In this document: one piece after another, positions 1-11,103 of the stretch | Position numbering within the stretch: the first letter of the stretch is position 1 | Layout: each line of letters opens with the position of its first letter | Assembly: GCA_013239625.1 (NCBI GenBank) | Contig: MU056050.1 | Span: 490,504-554,503 of the forward strand | Source of the DNA: Lama guanicoe | Taxonomy: Eukaryota | DNA length: 64,000 nt | Direction: 5' to 3' | Position numbers and translations under genes: made by a program | The notes under the pieces: generated by a model | Databases searched by the model: none | Told to the model about the DNA's origin: nothing | The model's input: the letters and a program-made list of their open reading frames with translations, nothing else

Positions 1-750
1 GCATTCAGTTCTAGAAATCGTGGCGGCAAGTTCTACTGAAAGACTTGGATGTGATATTTAAATATCCTCAATAATATATGTCTATTTCTTTCTGTGAGAA
101 CTGAAGAAATCTCCAAGTATTGGAGCAGAATCAAATTCTTAGTGATAAAACTGCCCCATAGTTTGGTCTTTTTTAAAGAAATCCTGCTCATTTTTTCTTT
201 AATATTAAACATAGCATTATTTCACCACTGAAGTAATTACTTGCAGCCTCTTCAAGATTCTGAATACATGGCTATACAACACCTCTTGAGCAAGGCATTT
301 AAAATCTGAGAAATGATCTTTAGTGTCATTATCAGTGTCATAAAGGCTTCCCCCTCATCCCTTGTTCCAATAACTTGTGGGAAAGTGATTTCTCTCAACA
401 GCTGGCATGCTTAGAGAGGAAAAGTGGAGTTTGGTATTTGCTGCATTTCTTTGTACAGCATGCTGGGAGGACATACCCTTAGGGACCACAATTTGATTAT
501 ATTCACAATTTTTATGTTTTTCTTCAACACTGAATTGCGATCAGGGGACGTGTTGCTGATCCGCTCACTGTAATCAGCACATGGAGCAGTGAGTGGCTTG
601 GCATTTGGGTGCAACCTCTGTTATTTGCTTAGCTAAATATCTCTGGGCTGAGCTCATGGTTAATTCTCCTCAGAATTGATCCTAGTGTCCCTTTGCCAGT
701 CTACTTTGTGACTCACAAAAAACACTTGATAGCTAAACTAAAAACCTTTC

Positions 751-1137
751 TGCTTTTTTTAAAAAATGCAGCATAATTGACATTTAACATTATATTAGTG
801 TCAGGTGTACAGCTTAATGATTCACTATTTGTATACCCTGTGAAATGATGACCACTGTAAGTTCAGTTACCATCTGTCACCATACAAAGTTACAAATTTT
901 TTTTTCTTGTAATGAGAACTTTCAAGATTTACTCTCAGCAACTTTCAAATATGCAATCCAATATTGTTGACTATAGTCACCATGCTGTACATTACATCCC
1001 CAGGACTTATTTATTTTATAACTGGGAGTTTTACCTCTTGACCCCTTTCACCTGTTTTGCCTACCCCTCAACCTCCCTTCCTTCTGGCAACCATCAATCT
1101 GTTCTCTGTATTTATGAGCTTGGTTTTGTTTTGTTTG
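751..1137 (-). mobile_element. 5'-truncated L1 3' end (L1MA-type)
   Basis: T-run followed by reverse L1 3'UTR (cagcaactttcaaatatgcaat...ctggcaaccatcaatctgttctctgtatttatgag); aaaaacctttc repeated at 740-750 and 1138-1148. Confidence 0.85.
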
Positions 1138-1153
1138 AAAAACCTTTCCTCTT

Positions 1154-1851
1154 GTGGGGAGAAACTGGATCACTCTTATAGTGCTGGTGGAAATGTAAAA
1201 TGATATGGACGTTCTGAAAAAGAGTCGGACAGTTTCTCATAAAACATGTTTAATGTAACTACTCTGCAACCCAGCAGTTGCACTCATGGGTGTTTATCCC
1301 AGAGAAGTGAAAGTAATATTCACACAAAAAACTCTATACAAATCTCCACAGCAGCTTTATTCATGATAGCCCCCAAATGGAAGCAACAGGCAAATGGTTA
1401 AACAAATTGTGGTACATTCATATGGAATATTATTCAGCAATAAAAGGGATAAATTCTTGATACACATAACATCTTGTATAGATCTATAAAGAATTATACT
1501 GAGTGAAAAAACCCAATGCCCGAAGGTTACATACTGTATGATTCCAAATGGATAGCATCCTTGAAATGACAGAATTACAGAAATGGAGAACAGATTAGTG
1601 GTTGCCAGGATAAAGGTGGGGGTAGTGGGTGTGGTGATTAAAGGACCATGTACAGGATCCTTGTGGTAATGGGAATGTTCTGTGTTATGACTGTATCAAT
1701 GTTAGCATCCTGGTTGTGATAGTGTACCACAGTTTTACAAGATAATCCTATTGGGGGAACTGGGTGAAGGCTACCTGGTTTCTCTCTGTATGATTTTATA
1801 CTGCATGTAAGTCTACAGTTATCTCAAAATTTCAAGTTTAATTTCAAAAAA
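1154..1851 (+). mobile_element. L1MC1-like 3' end
   Basis: ORF2 tail and 3'UTR motifs (tggtacattcatatggaatattattcagcaataaaa; ggatccttgtggtaatgggaatgttctg; ctgcatgtaagtctacagttatctcaaaat) ending in an A-run. Confidence 0.85.
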
Positions 1852-3227
1852 CCCCCTTTCCTCTTATAGCATGGAATTTCAGGGTCAAAAATGCAAAAAA
1901 AAAAATATCATGGCGCACTTATCCCTGTGCGAATACCACTGCTATGCCAAGACCCTGCATGTCAGTGGTTTTGTCTGACTCTACAGCAAAATATCTGCTG
2001 GCATCCACATGTGTTAGTAACTGCCCTTCTACATCGTGTGCTGTAGATATTATGGATGTCCGGTGATGTTTGTTACAGGAATTTTGCCAGTATCTCATTT
2101 TGCTTTCTCTAAGTCATTTATCATTAAAGTTGTGCCTGGCTTCACAAACTTCTCAGCCATAAAGTGACTTGTACTTGTTTTGCCAACAGGCTTAACAACT
2201 TTGAAAGATACCCCTATCACTCTAGTATCTTCTCTGTCTTAGTCACAATAGTCATCAATTTCCTACAGCAAGGAATTACTTCATGCTTGTTCTCAAAAAA
2301 TTCAATTGCTTTAGCACAGGGTTCTGCAAGGCTGTAGTTTGTTTAATAATTATGTAAATGCTTTGATGACTTCATGCTACGATCTGATAGGTTTTATTAC
2401 CAACAGCATGCTGGGGACTAGGGGCGTACTGTAGGTCTAATGAAATCAGATTTTCAGATATTTATCTTCTTACTTCACATTTGCATTTTTGGCTGCTTGT
2501 GTGCTACTGTCACATGCGCAGATTTCTTTGTGCCAGCACCTACAGATTCACATTCTGTATTTGTCCTGGAGTCCTGTTCACTATTTTTGTTCATGACGTT
2601 TACTGAGTTGTAGCATTTAATTTACTCTTTTTATTGCTACTTTAATATTCTGTGAACCACTTGTGAGTGGTTGATTTTGGCTGGGGATATAACAGTACAC
2701 GAGAGTCAAAACACAAAATGGCAATTTAAGAAGCATGAGCAATAACATGCAAAAGGCACAAATATATGTTAACAGAGATGAATTGTACCCTGACAAATGA
2801 GTGTTGACAGAGACAAATACAGCTCTTGTTCATGCCCAATCTTCAAGAACATAAAGATTGTTAAGAATGTAATGTGATTGCTGTGAAAATTCATAATCAG
2901 CCTTACATCTCAGTAAGTGGAAGGTAAATGAAAAAATTATCTCATTGCTTTTTCCTCTGCCACTTGCTAGGTTTCTGGGGAAATCAGTGGCCTTGGACCA
3001 CCCAGACTCCATGCACCATACTTTGAGAAACAATGCCTAAGGGAAAGGCATATATTACACATTAAACACATTTATTAATATTAAGTTTTGGTTCCACTTA
3101 AGTTGGTTGCACTTGATTGAACTTCATTGCCAAGTTTCTACCCTGGGTGGATACCACTGCTATGAAATTGTGACAAAACAGACGCTTTTTCCTGATAGGA
3201 AAGAAGGTATGGAATCTTCTATAATAA

Positions 3228-3645
3228 TGGAATTACAGCTGGGATGAGGCTGTCCAGTTGGGCACTGCATTTCCCAGCCTCCCTTGTGGTCAGGTGTGAC
3301 TCTGTGAGCAATGGAATGTGAACAGAAGTGACGTGTGTGCTTGTTCTCAGCACAGACCTTTCAGCTTTCCCCATGTGCTCCTCTACATTTTCTTCCTCTT
3401 TCTATGAGCAAAAACATGGCTGTTCCTGGGACACAGCTTCAGTTGGGCAGATGAGACTGTCGCCCTAGAGGAAGGTGGAGAAATGTGATGGCATGGAATG
3501 AACCCAAGTCCATGAATGATTGAATGGAGCCAAGTAACCCACTTATGCACCTTGGACTGTCATGTGGAGAGAAATGTCATTGTTCTCTGGTCACTGCATT
3601 GCTGGGTCTTTATATTATCACAGCTTAGCCCTTTAACCCTGATAA
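3228..3645 (+). mobile_element. Old MaLR LTR (MLT1I/J-like)
   Basis: gcatttcccagcctcccttgtggtcaggtgtg...aatggaatgtgaacagaagtgacgtgtgtg and terminal cagcttagcc. Confidence 0.7.
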
Positions 3646-4221
3646 AGGGCAAACCCTGGAGGTTTGAAAGCCCTGGCTGACAGGTTGTGGGGAAGAGTGG
3701 CTCCTGGTGGCACTGGGCAGGTGGGAGAACAAAGGAGTCAGGACTTGGCACAAGACTAGCCACTCTGCTTGGTAGGTTTGGCAGGGGAGTGCCCACCTGA
3801 CTCGTAATGCCGATTCTGATGGCACTGCCAGGTAATGGAGACAGGAAGGAGGAATAAGCTTGGTCAGGAGTCCTCCAGAAATGTAGTTATATTCCTATAG
3901 TAAAAATAACTGACTCCGGGGAAGTGGTAGCACTTAGAGTCACCCTGTTTAGGATTAGAAGGAAATGAAACCAAGGGAACCACATTAGGCCTAGGTCATC
4001 CTTGAGCCATGTGATGCTAGGTCCAGAAGCGTGGCAGCTGTAAGCGCCCCAAGGAGTGACTGGGAATTTTTATTTACTTCAGTCATGATTAGTATCAGAA
4101 CTGCTGCAGAGCTTCATCTACGGGTGTGGCTTCATTAGTGGCTTCCACTATAAAGATCTGGGGCTAGGAGAAATCAGAGCCAAATCTCATTCACCTTACA
4201 ATTTGATCTACAGCTGATCTA

Positions 4222-4433
4222 GCGCCTTGGCCACGGCTAGGGCACCTTTGCATAAACTAGAAAAAGTGCCCTTTTCTCTGGGCACCTGGCCTGACAAACA
4301 CACAAGGTATCAAATTAGGAAAGAAAGCATAGCTTGATGAGTGCAATGCTTTTTGGATTACAGCCCCCATTTACCTCCATGATCGGGCATCTTGTGCAGT
4401 GAACAACATGCACAACTGTACATGGTAGCCTTG
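4222..4433 (-). mobile_element. MER91-like hAT-Tip100 element
   Basis: Right end read in reverse is caaggctaccatgtacagttgtgcatgttgttcactgcacaag, matching my recall of the MER91 terminus. Confidence 0.65.
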
Positions 4434-4629
4434 CAGACTACCAGAAGTACAGTGAGAGTGAAGAGTGAAATTGGAGAATGAAGGACCAATTCAAATGTGA
4501 CCCACTGACTAGGAAAGGCAAAAGGAAACTATTTTGGAGAAGGAAAAGGTGAAGGGTGATTTAACAAGTTTTAAACTTGATATGCAAAGGGCTATCCTCA
4601 AATATACAATGTATTTTCTTGTATCAATA

Positions 4630-4770
4630 CCTTCGCTCATGCTGTTTCCCATTTGAAGCATCTTCTCTGGTTATATAATTCTTATATATACTTCAAGGCT
4701 CAGTTCTAGACTTAACTCTCCAAAAAGCCTTCCATGACTTCTGTACCCACAGAGATCCCTCACTCTTGCT
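4630..4770 (+). mobile_element. L2 fragment
   Basis: cttcgctcatgctgtttcc...cttcaaggctcagttc...aagccttccatgac. Confidence 0.55.
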
Positions 4771-4975
4771 GAATAATCAGGTGGATAATCCATGCTCAAA
4801 AAGTTGTCTATTTGTTTGAGTGACTGAGAGTCTGGAAAACTTCTCCAGTCCCAGACAATGTTTATTTCCACTTAGGGAACCTCCAACAAGCTCCCCACAG
4901 TATGGTACGGGGACCACTTGTGACCAATCAACTTAAAATCTTTTCCCTGTTCAGACACTGTTTTAACAAATTCTT

Positions 4976-5105
4976 GCAGTGGAAAACACACTAAGCTCAT
5001 TGCCTAGTTCTAGTCCAGTTTTGCTACTAACTAGCCACATGACTTTGAGCAAGGTGAATCCCCTTTCTGGCCAGCCTTATTTCCCTCCCCTGTAAAATGA
5101 AGAAA
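4976..5105 (+). mobile_element. MIR SINE fragment
   Basis: MIR core ctactaactagccacatgactttgagcaagg...ctgtaaaatga. Confidence 0.65.
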
Positions 5106-5530
5106 TAGCTACAACCGTCTACCATGTTGTAAAGCAACCTGATAAGCAGTGTGGTAACTGAGTTGAACTGTGAAGGTGTATTAATATCTATGTTAATACC
5201 AAACCTTCTAGCTCAGCCTGAAGCAACATTTCTCTGGTGGTGAGAAGTTCATGATTTTTTTTTAATGTGTCTGATGACCAACAAACAGCTACTGGAAACT
5301 TGAGGAAAATAACTCTCCCTCTTGGCTTGTAGTAATTTTACTTGCCTTATTGTAAACAGGCTGCCACCACCTGATCGTTCTCCTGCAAGAAGTTTATTTG
5401 TTCACTCATCCATTCTATTTAGGGTTGCTAGATTTATCAAATCAGAGTACAATAAGCTTACTCCATATTTGTTTAGTACTTTACAGGGCGATGGAATAGA
5501 ATGCACTACAGCAGGAATACATGTTATTGA

Positions 5531-5684
5531 AAGCGCGTCTCTCCACTGGCTGCTTCAGGATTACCTGGGAGGTGGTTAGAAATGCAAACTCTGGGCCCCA
5601 CCCCAGACCTATTGAATCGGAATTTGCATTTTAACAAGGTCCCCAGGTGATCAATTGCACATTAAAGCTTGTGAATCCCTGGGC
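5531..5684. mobile_element. MER5A-type hAT-Charlie element
   Basis: agaaatgcaaactctgggccccaccccagacctattgaatcggaatttgcattttaacaaggtccccaggtgat. Confidence 0.8.
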
Positions 5685-6770
5685 TAGCTGCTAATCTCCT
5701 CCTGCATCTGCTCCACAGCTGTCTCTAAACTCTGGAGTAGGGAAAGGGGAGGAGGGTTGCCTGAAGTATGGACTCTTCTGTTGGCCCCTGAATCGCAGGG
5801 ACTGTAGCAGATTCTGTGGTTTTGTAGGGCAGTGGTGCATAAATAGCAGGTATGTTGAGTTTTCAGTCTGGGCCACGTGCTAAAATGAAATCAGGAACCA
5901 CATCCACATGATGAGGGTGCTATGTCTGGGCAAGCCTGGACCTGGATCTGGCTGTCATCTCTGCCTGCTTGTGACATCTATGCCTGTGAGTACTTTTGAC
6001 TCTTTTTCCTCACCTGCAAGGCCCTCTCCCTTTTCCTTTCAGGTGCTGGGGGCCCTCCCCAACCAAAATGAACATCTGGGAAGGAAAGTTTCCCAGATGT
6101 TCACACTAGATAAACTCTAGTGTGAAATTAAGTACGAGTTTCTCTTCCCTTGTGCTCACTACTTTCTCAGCGGGCTTCTTCCCCCCTTTTAAAGGGATTT
6201 CAGTCCTCAGCTAGCTCTTGGAATAGGGTATTTGGGGAGGAGCTGGGCCATACACACGTCCTTAGAGTAAGAACGTCTCTCTTTCTAGGCTCCTCCCTAT
6301 CTGGGCGTGGATGGGCTATGGGTGAGGCTAGACTTGGGGTGGCTGTGTTCCAGAGACCAGTCAGAGACACAGAGACACTAAAGCCACTCAGGGAGGCCCA
6401 GGAAACTGGATTAGGAAGAAGCGCAGAGAAGTAGGCATCATATGGTGCCTGTGGATCTGAAAAGAGGGGTTGGGCACTGGGATTCAGAGGCAAGAAAAGC
6501 TCCAGTTTTCAGAAGCATTAGAGAGTTGGCCTCAGATCTGAGAACCTGACGTGCTGACCAGGGATCCAGGACAGAGAGAGTTATGACTGGGCACCAGTTA
6601 TTGGCACGAAACCAGGGACTGAACAGAGGTTCTGAGGTCACAGAAAGGCCAGAAGCTGGGTTAGATTTGGACTGATAGGTGGGGTTAATGGCTTTAGGAG
6701 CGAAGGCTCAAGTCCTGTGCTGAAGTCTCACCATTTGTTTTATTCATTTGAGTTCAAGACTTGGGTATTA

Positions 6771-7000
6771 TAGACTGGGGTGTTAAGAATGTGGGTTCTG
6801 GATCCAGATACCTGGGGTTTAATTCCTGGCTTCACCGCTTACCAGGGGTGTGCCTTTGGGTAAGGCATTTAATCTCTCTGTGCCTTGGTTGCCTCATCTG
6901 AGGGGATGCTGTGAGCATCACCTGAGATAACGCACGGCAGACACTTAGCACAGCACCAGTGCACAGGCACCCTGGATAAATGCTGTGCATTGTTATGATT
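6771..7000 (+). mobile_element. MIR SINE
   Basis: gttaagaatgtgggttctgga...ttgggtaaggcatttaatctctctgtgccttggttgcctcatctg...cacttagcacagca. Confidence 0.8.
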
Positions 7001-7006
7001 AACCCT

Positions 7007-7378
7007 TGTCAACCTAAATAAATAAGGAGGTAAACTGAGGCAAGTTCAAATTACCAGAAATTTGAGTTTGTTCAGGAATAGTGGGGGGAAATACGACAGT
7101 AAGCTATAGGTGAGTCCCTTGAGGGTTTGGAGTGGGCTGTATTTATGGGCAAGGAGGGCAAAGAGGGGGAGGTCCAGCCAGAATCCAAGCAGTAAGTTCA
7201 CTGACTTGAGGGTGGGGAGAGATGTTCATTGGTCAGGAGATAAGTCTCTGTCTTCTGTAAATCAGCATTAATGGGAGATCAGTCTCTCGGTTCTTAAGTT
7301 TTATTCTTCTGAAGGCGCATCTGTGACATTCTCCATTTCCTATCCTCTGGTTTCATTTTAGATTGAAACCCTCTCACA
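7007..7378 (-). mobile_element. ERV1-class solo LTR
   Basis: TG...CA ends with 4-bp TSD ccct (7003-7006, 7379-7382); family not identified and strand inferred. Confidence 0.6.
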
Positions 7379-7513
7379 CCCTCAAACTCCATGCTTCCAT
7401 ACTGCTGCTCTTCAAACTCACCTATCGCCATTGGTTCATGTTCCTTCTGCTTGGAATGCCCTTTTTCGTTAATTTCGTTTCATCTTTTGGGCCTCAGTTC
7501 AGAAATCACTTTT

Positions 7514-8598
7514 TGTGGGGGTCTTTATAAGAAAAATGTACTGAGTTTTCCTCTGCTCTCACACTCACGGTACTTAAATTTTTTTGTTGTTGTTGAAGTG
7601 TGGTTGACTTATATGTTAGTTTCAGGGGTAGAGCAAAGTGATTCAGTTATACATATACATACATATATATTTTGTCTTTTCAGATTCTTTTCCATTATAT
7701 GGTATTACGAGAAATTGAATATAGTTCCCTGTGCTACACAGTAGGTTCTTGTTGTTTATCTATTTTATGTATAGTACTGTGACTTACGATAGTTTTGATA
7801 TCAGATATGTGCGTTTTCCACACCTAGCAATTCTCTGACATCTGCTGGGTGTCCTACAGTTCAATTCTTTTCCAACACTAACCGAAGTTAACGCAGACCT
7901 TACAGGTCGCGGTCTCAGTCCCACAAGACTGCCACTCACTGAGATGCCAGTTGAAAGTCCACGTTGTCACCTGTGTTTCTCACTGTCTGTAAATTGGAGG
8001 TTCCCAGGACCCACTCTGGGTTTGACATTTGCTGGAACAGCCCACAGAATTCAGGGAAACACATTTATCAGTTCATTATATAATAAAGGGTATGATAAAA
8101 GATACAGATGAACAGGCAGATGAAGAGGCACAGAGGGCGAGAAATGTGGAGTTGGGGTATGCCACCCTCCTGGCCTATAGACATGGTCATCAACCCAGAA
8201 GCTGTCCGAACCCCAGACTTTTGGAATTTTTATGGCGGTTTCATCACATAGGCATGATGGATTATTAACTCAACTTCCAGCCCCTCTCGCATTTCTGGAG
8301 GATGGGCAGGGTGTAGTGGGGCTGAATGTTCCGAGCTTCTAATCATGGCTTGGTTTTTCTGGTGACCAGCCCCCATTGGGAAGCTATCCAGGGGCCTGTC
8401 TAGAGTCACCTCATTAGAACAACAGACACTCCTGTCACCCAGGAAATTCTAAGGGATTTAGGAGCTCCATGTCAGGAACCAGGGTCAAAGATCAAATGTT
8501 AGAACAAAAGATGCTCCTCGGGTTTTAGGAGCCCTATGGTAGGAATGTGGAGGCGGGGTGTACGCAGAGAGCAATGTATATATTTCTGTTCTCTCACA
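7514..8598 (-). mobile_element. MER21-like LTR
   Basis: TG...CA ends; reverse strand reads tttgaccctggttcctgacatggagctcctaaatcccttagaatttcctgggtgacaggagtgtc. Confidence 0.8.
7578..7776 (-). mobile_element. Short L1 3' end inserted in MER21
   Basis: gtgattcagttatacatatacat...attgaatatagttccctgtgctacacagtagg, a cetartiodactyl-type L1 3'UTR. Confidence 0.85.
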
Positions 8599-8816
8599 GG
8601 GTTCCTTCCCAGCCCCTCTTGTAACAGGTGAGGTGCTCTGCTTCATGCTTTCACAGCACTTGCTCTTTTCACATCATGCGTTGTAATTGCTTATTTCCTT
8701 GTGTATCTCTCCCATCAGATCCTCAGCTCCATGAGTTTTTAGATTACATCATATTTTTCCATTGCTGTCTCAGCAGTGCCGACACATGGTAGAAACTCAT
8801 TCAATGTTTGTTAAGT

Positions 8817-8961
8817 TTCCTGTTTGATTGTTTGTTTGTTTTATGAGGGGGAGGTAATTAGGGTTATTTATTTATTTATATTTGGGTGAGGTACTGGGGA
8901 TTGAACCCAGGACCTCGTGCAGGCTAAGCATGCGCTCTACCACTTGAGCTATACCCTCCCC
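8817..8961 (-). mobile_element. tRNA-derived camelid SINE (Vic-1-like)
   Basis: Sense GGGGAGGGTATAGCTCAAGTGGTAGAGCGCATGCTTAGC...GGTTCAATCCCCAGTACC with A and B boxes and an A-rich tail; perfect 16-bp TSD tcaatgtttgttaagt (8801-8816, 8962-8977). Confidence 0.92.
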
Positions 8962-9556
8962 TCAATGTTTGTTAAGTAAATGAATAAATGGTGAAAGATT
9001 CCAGGCTTAGATCCTTTGGGAAGTCATAACCAGACAGGATTTTTCTGTAAAAGCTTAATCTACTGGCAGCTGAACAATTGTGGAGCCAGAGCCCCAAGGC
9101 CTGAGATCCCTTTCAGATGAAGTCCCTCTCAGGAGGTGGCAGTGAAATCCACCTGGCCTCCACCTTCCCTGCTTCCCGTCTGCTTCATGGGCCACAGTGG
9201 CATGGAGAGGAACAGCTTTCAATTTGAGGGGGTCGTACACATCCTCCAAGGCCCTCTGGCAGCCACCATCTTTCCCAATCTGGTTTGTGTAATGATGCCT
9301 GGAGGCTGGTAAACAAAAAATAGTCTAATGCCATTGAAAATATTCTGGGATGTACAGTATATGTGCTCCTGCTTGTGGCATGTGAATATGTCTTACTTCA
9401 TTAAGATACTGCTTTTCCAAGTGTTCATAAACTCTTAAATTTATTTTATTTTATGAGACTCCTGTTACTGGGGCACCCTCTGCAGCTAGAGTCAGGCCAC
9501 CTCACCCAGCACTGCTGGAAGCTTTGCGAGGTCAGCTGAGCCTCTAATGAGCTGAA

Positions 9557-9578
9557 GTGTGTGTGTGTGTGTGTGTGT
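9557..9578. repeat. (GT)n microsatellite
   Basis: Directly visible. Confidence 0.95.
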
Positions 9579-9701
9579 GGTCTTAACTAAGCCCCTGCTG
9601 ATAATGTGTATAAAGATGGGGTTGGATGTCTATTTCAGCAGCCCTGTCCCCCATTTCCCCTCCTCTTTTCTTCTTGGTGTATGCCTTGAAAAACCCTACT
9701 A

Positions 9702-10046
9702 CAGTTGGCCCTCTGAATAGGCTGGTTCTACATCTGTGGATTCAACTAACCATGGACCAAAAATATTTTTTTTAAAAAATCTAGAAATTTCCCCAAAACA
9801 AATTTTGAATTTGTGATGCCAGCAACTATTTATATAGCATTTACATTGTATTTAAAACTATTTACACAGCATTTACATTGTATTAGATATTACAAGTAAT
9901 CTAGAGCTGATTTAAAGTACGTGGGAGGATATGTGTAGGTTATATGCAGATTCTACACCATTTTATATAAGGGACTTGAGCATCCATGGATTCTGGTATC
10001 CTGGGGGTTCCTGGACCAATCCCCAGTGGATACTGAGGGACAACTG
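9702..10046. mobile_element. MER2 (TcMar-Tigger) non-autonomous element
   Basis: TIRs cagttggccctc / gagggacaactg, TA on both sides, internal ccattttatataagggacttgagcatcc. Confidence 0.9.
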
Positions 10047-10562
10047 TACCTCCCTCTACTCTAAACTTTTCTCAATAGCCAGCCCAAAGCAATCAAGGCT
10101 CTTGACACTTTCAGCCTAAAGTCAACTTATCCTCATAAGCAGAAACTATGGGATTCAAAAGGAAGCCACTGCTTGTGGGATATTTGATAGGAGAAAAATC
10201 AGCAAGGAGAACTGCCTAGAAGCCCCATGCAAATTCGCATGGGAACCAAGAATCCAAATATGGGAATCTGAGAGGACCACCAGGGCCTCCCTCAGCCATT
10301 TAAATGAGACACATGATGCAGATTCAAGTGAAAGACAAATTGAACCGGAAGCAGCATCGGAGTTTGGCAGAGTGGCTTTTGGACAATGAGCTGTAAGGAG
10401 GGGCTGTTTGTGTCCCTACAGATGTCCCACAGGCTCCTGTAAGGAAAGAGCTGTTCTCATGTATTTTGGAGTTGGGCTAGGAGGGTTTATTGCTAAGTGA
10501 CCTACCCTAAGCTGTGCACAGCATAGAAGGGCAACTTGGCCCACTTGACACTGTACTGTCTC

Positions 10563-11103
10563 TGTTACCCCAAAGAGGAAGGGAAATGACCCCAGTTCTT
10601 GTCTTACCCAAGAGATAAGAATTCAGACAGGAGGCAAAGCATTGTGTATCAAAAGATTTTAAAGGTTTTATTTAGCAAAGGGAAAGTACACCTCCCAGAA
10701 CGGGAGGCGGGCTGATCCAAGGGCAGATAGCAGTGGTCTTTGTTTGTCCCTTCTTCTTATACCCTCACTTAGAGGTGGCCTCTTGATTGATTGATGGCTC
10801 TTGCCCCTGGAGTGCTTAGTCATGTTTGTCCCCTTTTGCACATGTCCTTACCCGTGATGCACACAGGAAAACCCATGGGGGTGCCTAAACCACAATGCTA
10901 CTTATATTACAATGAGCAGTGGGTCATGTCCAGTTAGGTCCTTGTCACCACCGTGTAGTTGCGCCTGTCGGGTTCTAACTGGTTTCTTGCTGGCATTCAT
11001 TTAGAGGAGGTAAAGCCCCTTTGTGCTGGAGGTGGGCATCCCGCCAATCTTGCGGACCATCCTCCCTCTCCTCCACCTTATCTGCCCAGTGCCACTACAT
11101 ACA
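10563..11103 (-). mobile_element. ERV1-class solo LTR
   Basis: TG...CA ends, TSD tctc (10559-10562, 11104-11107), reverse polyA signal ttttattt near 10670. Confidence 0.8.

Larger units (their letters stand above)
7385..8990 (+). mobile_element. L2 3' region interrupted by MER21, L1 and a SINE
   Basis: L2 pieces at about 7385-7513 and 8599-8816, ending in the L2 tail tcaatgtttgttaagtaaatgaataaatg. Confidence 0.7.

Noticed and set aside
8817..8961. tRNA-Ala-like sequences here and at 17.9, 51.2 and 61.1 kb as tRNA genes
   Set aside because: They have A-rich tails and TSDs and differ from each other, so they are SINE copies
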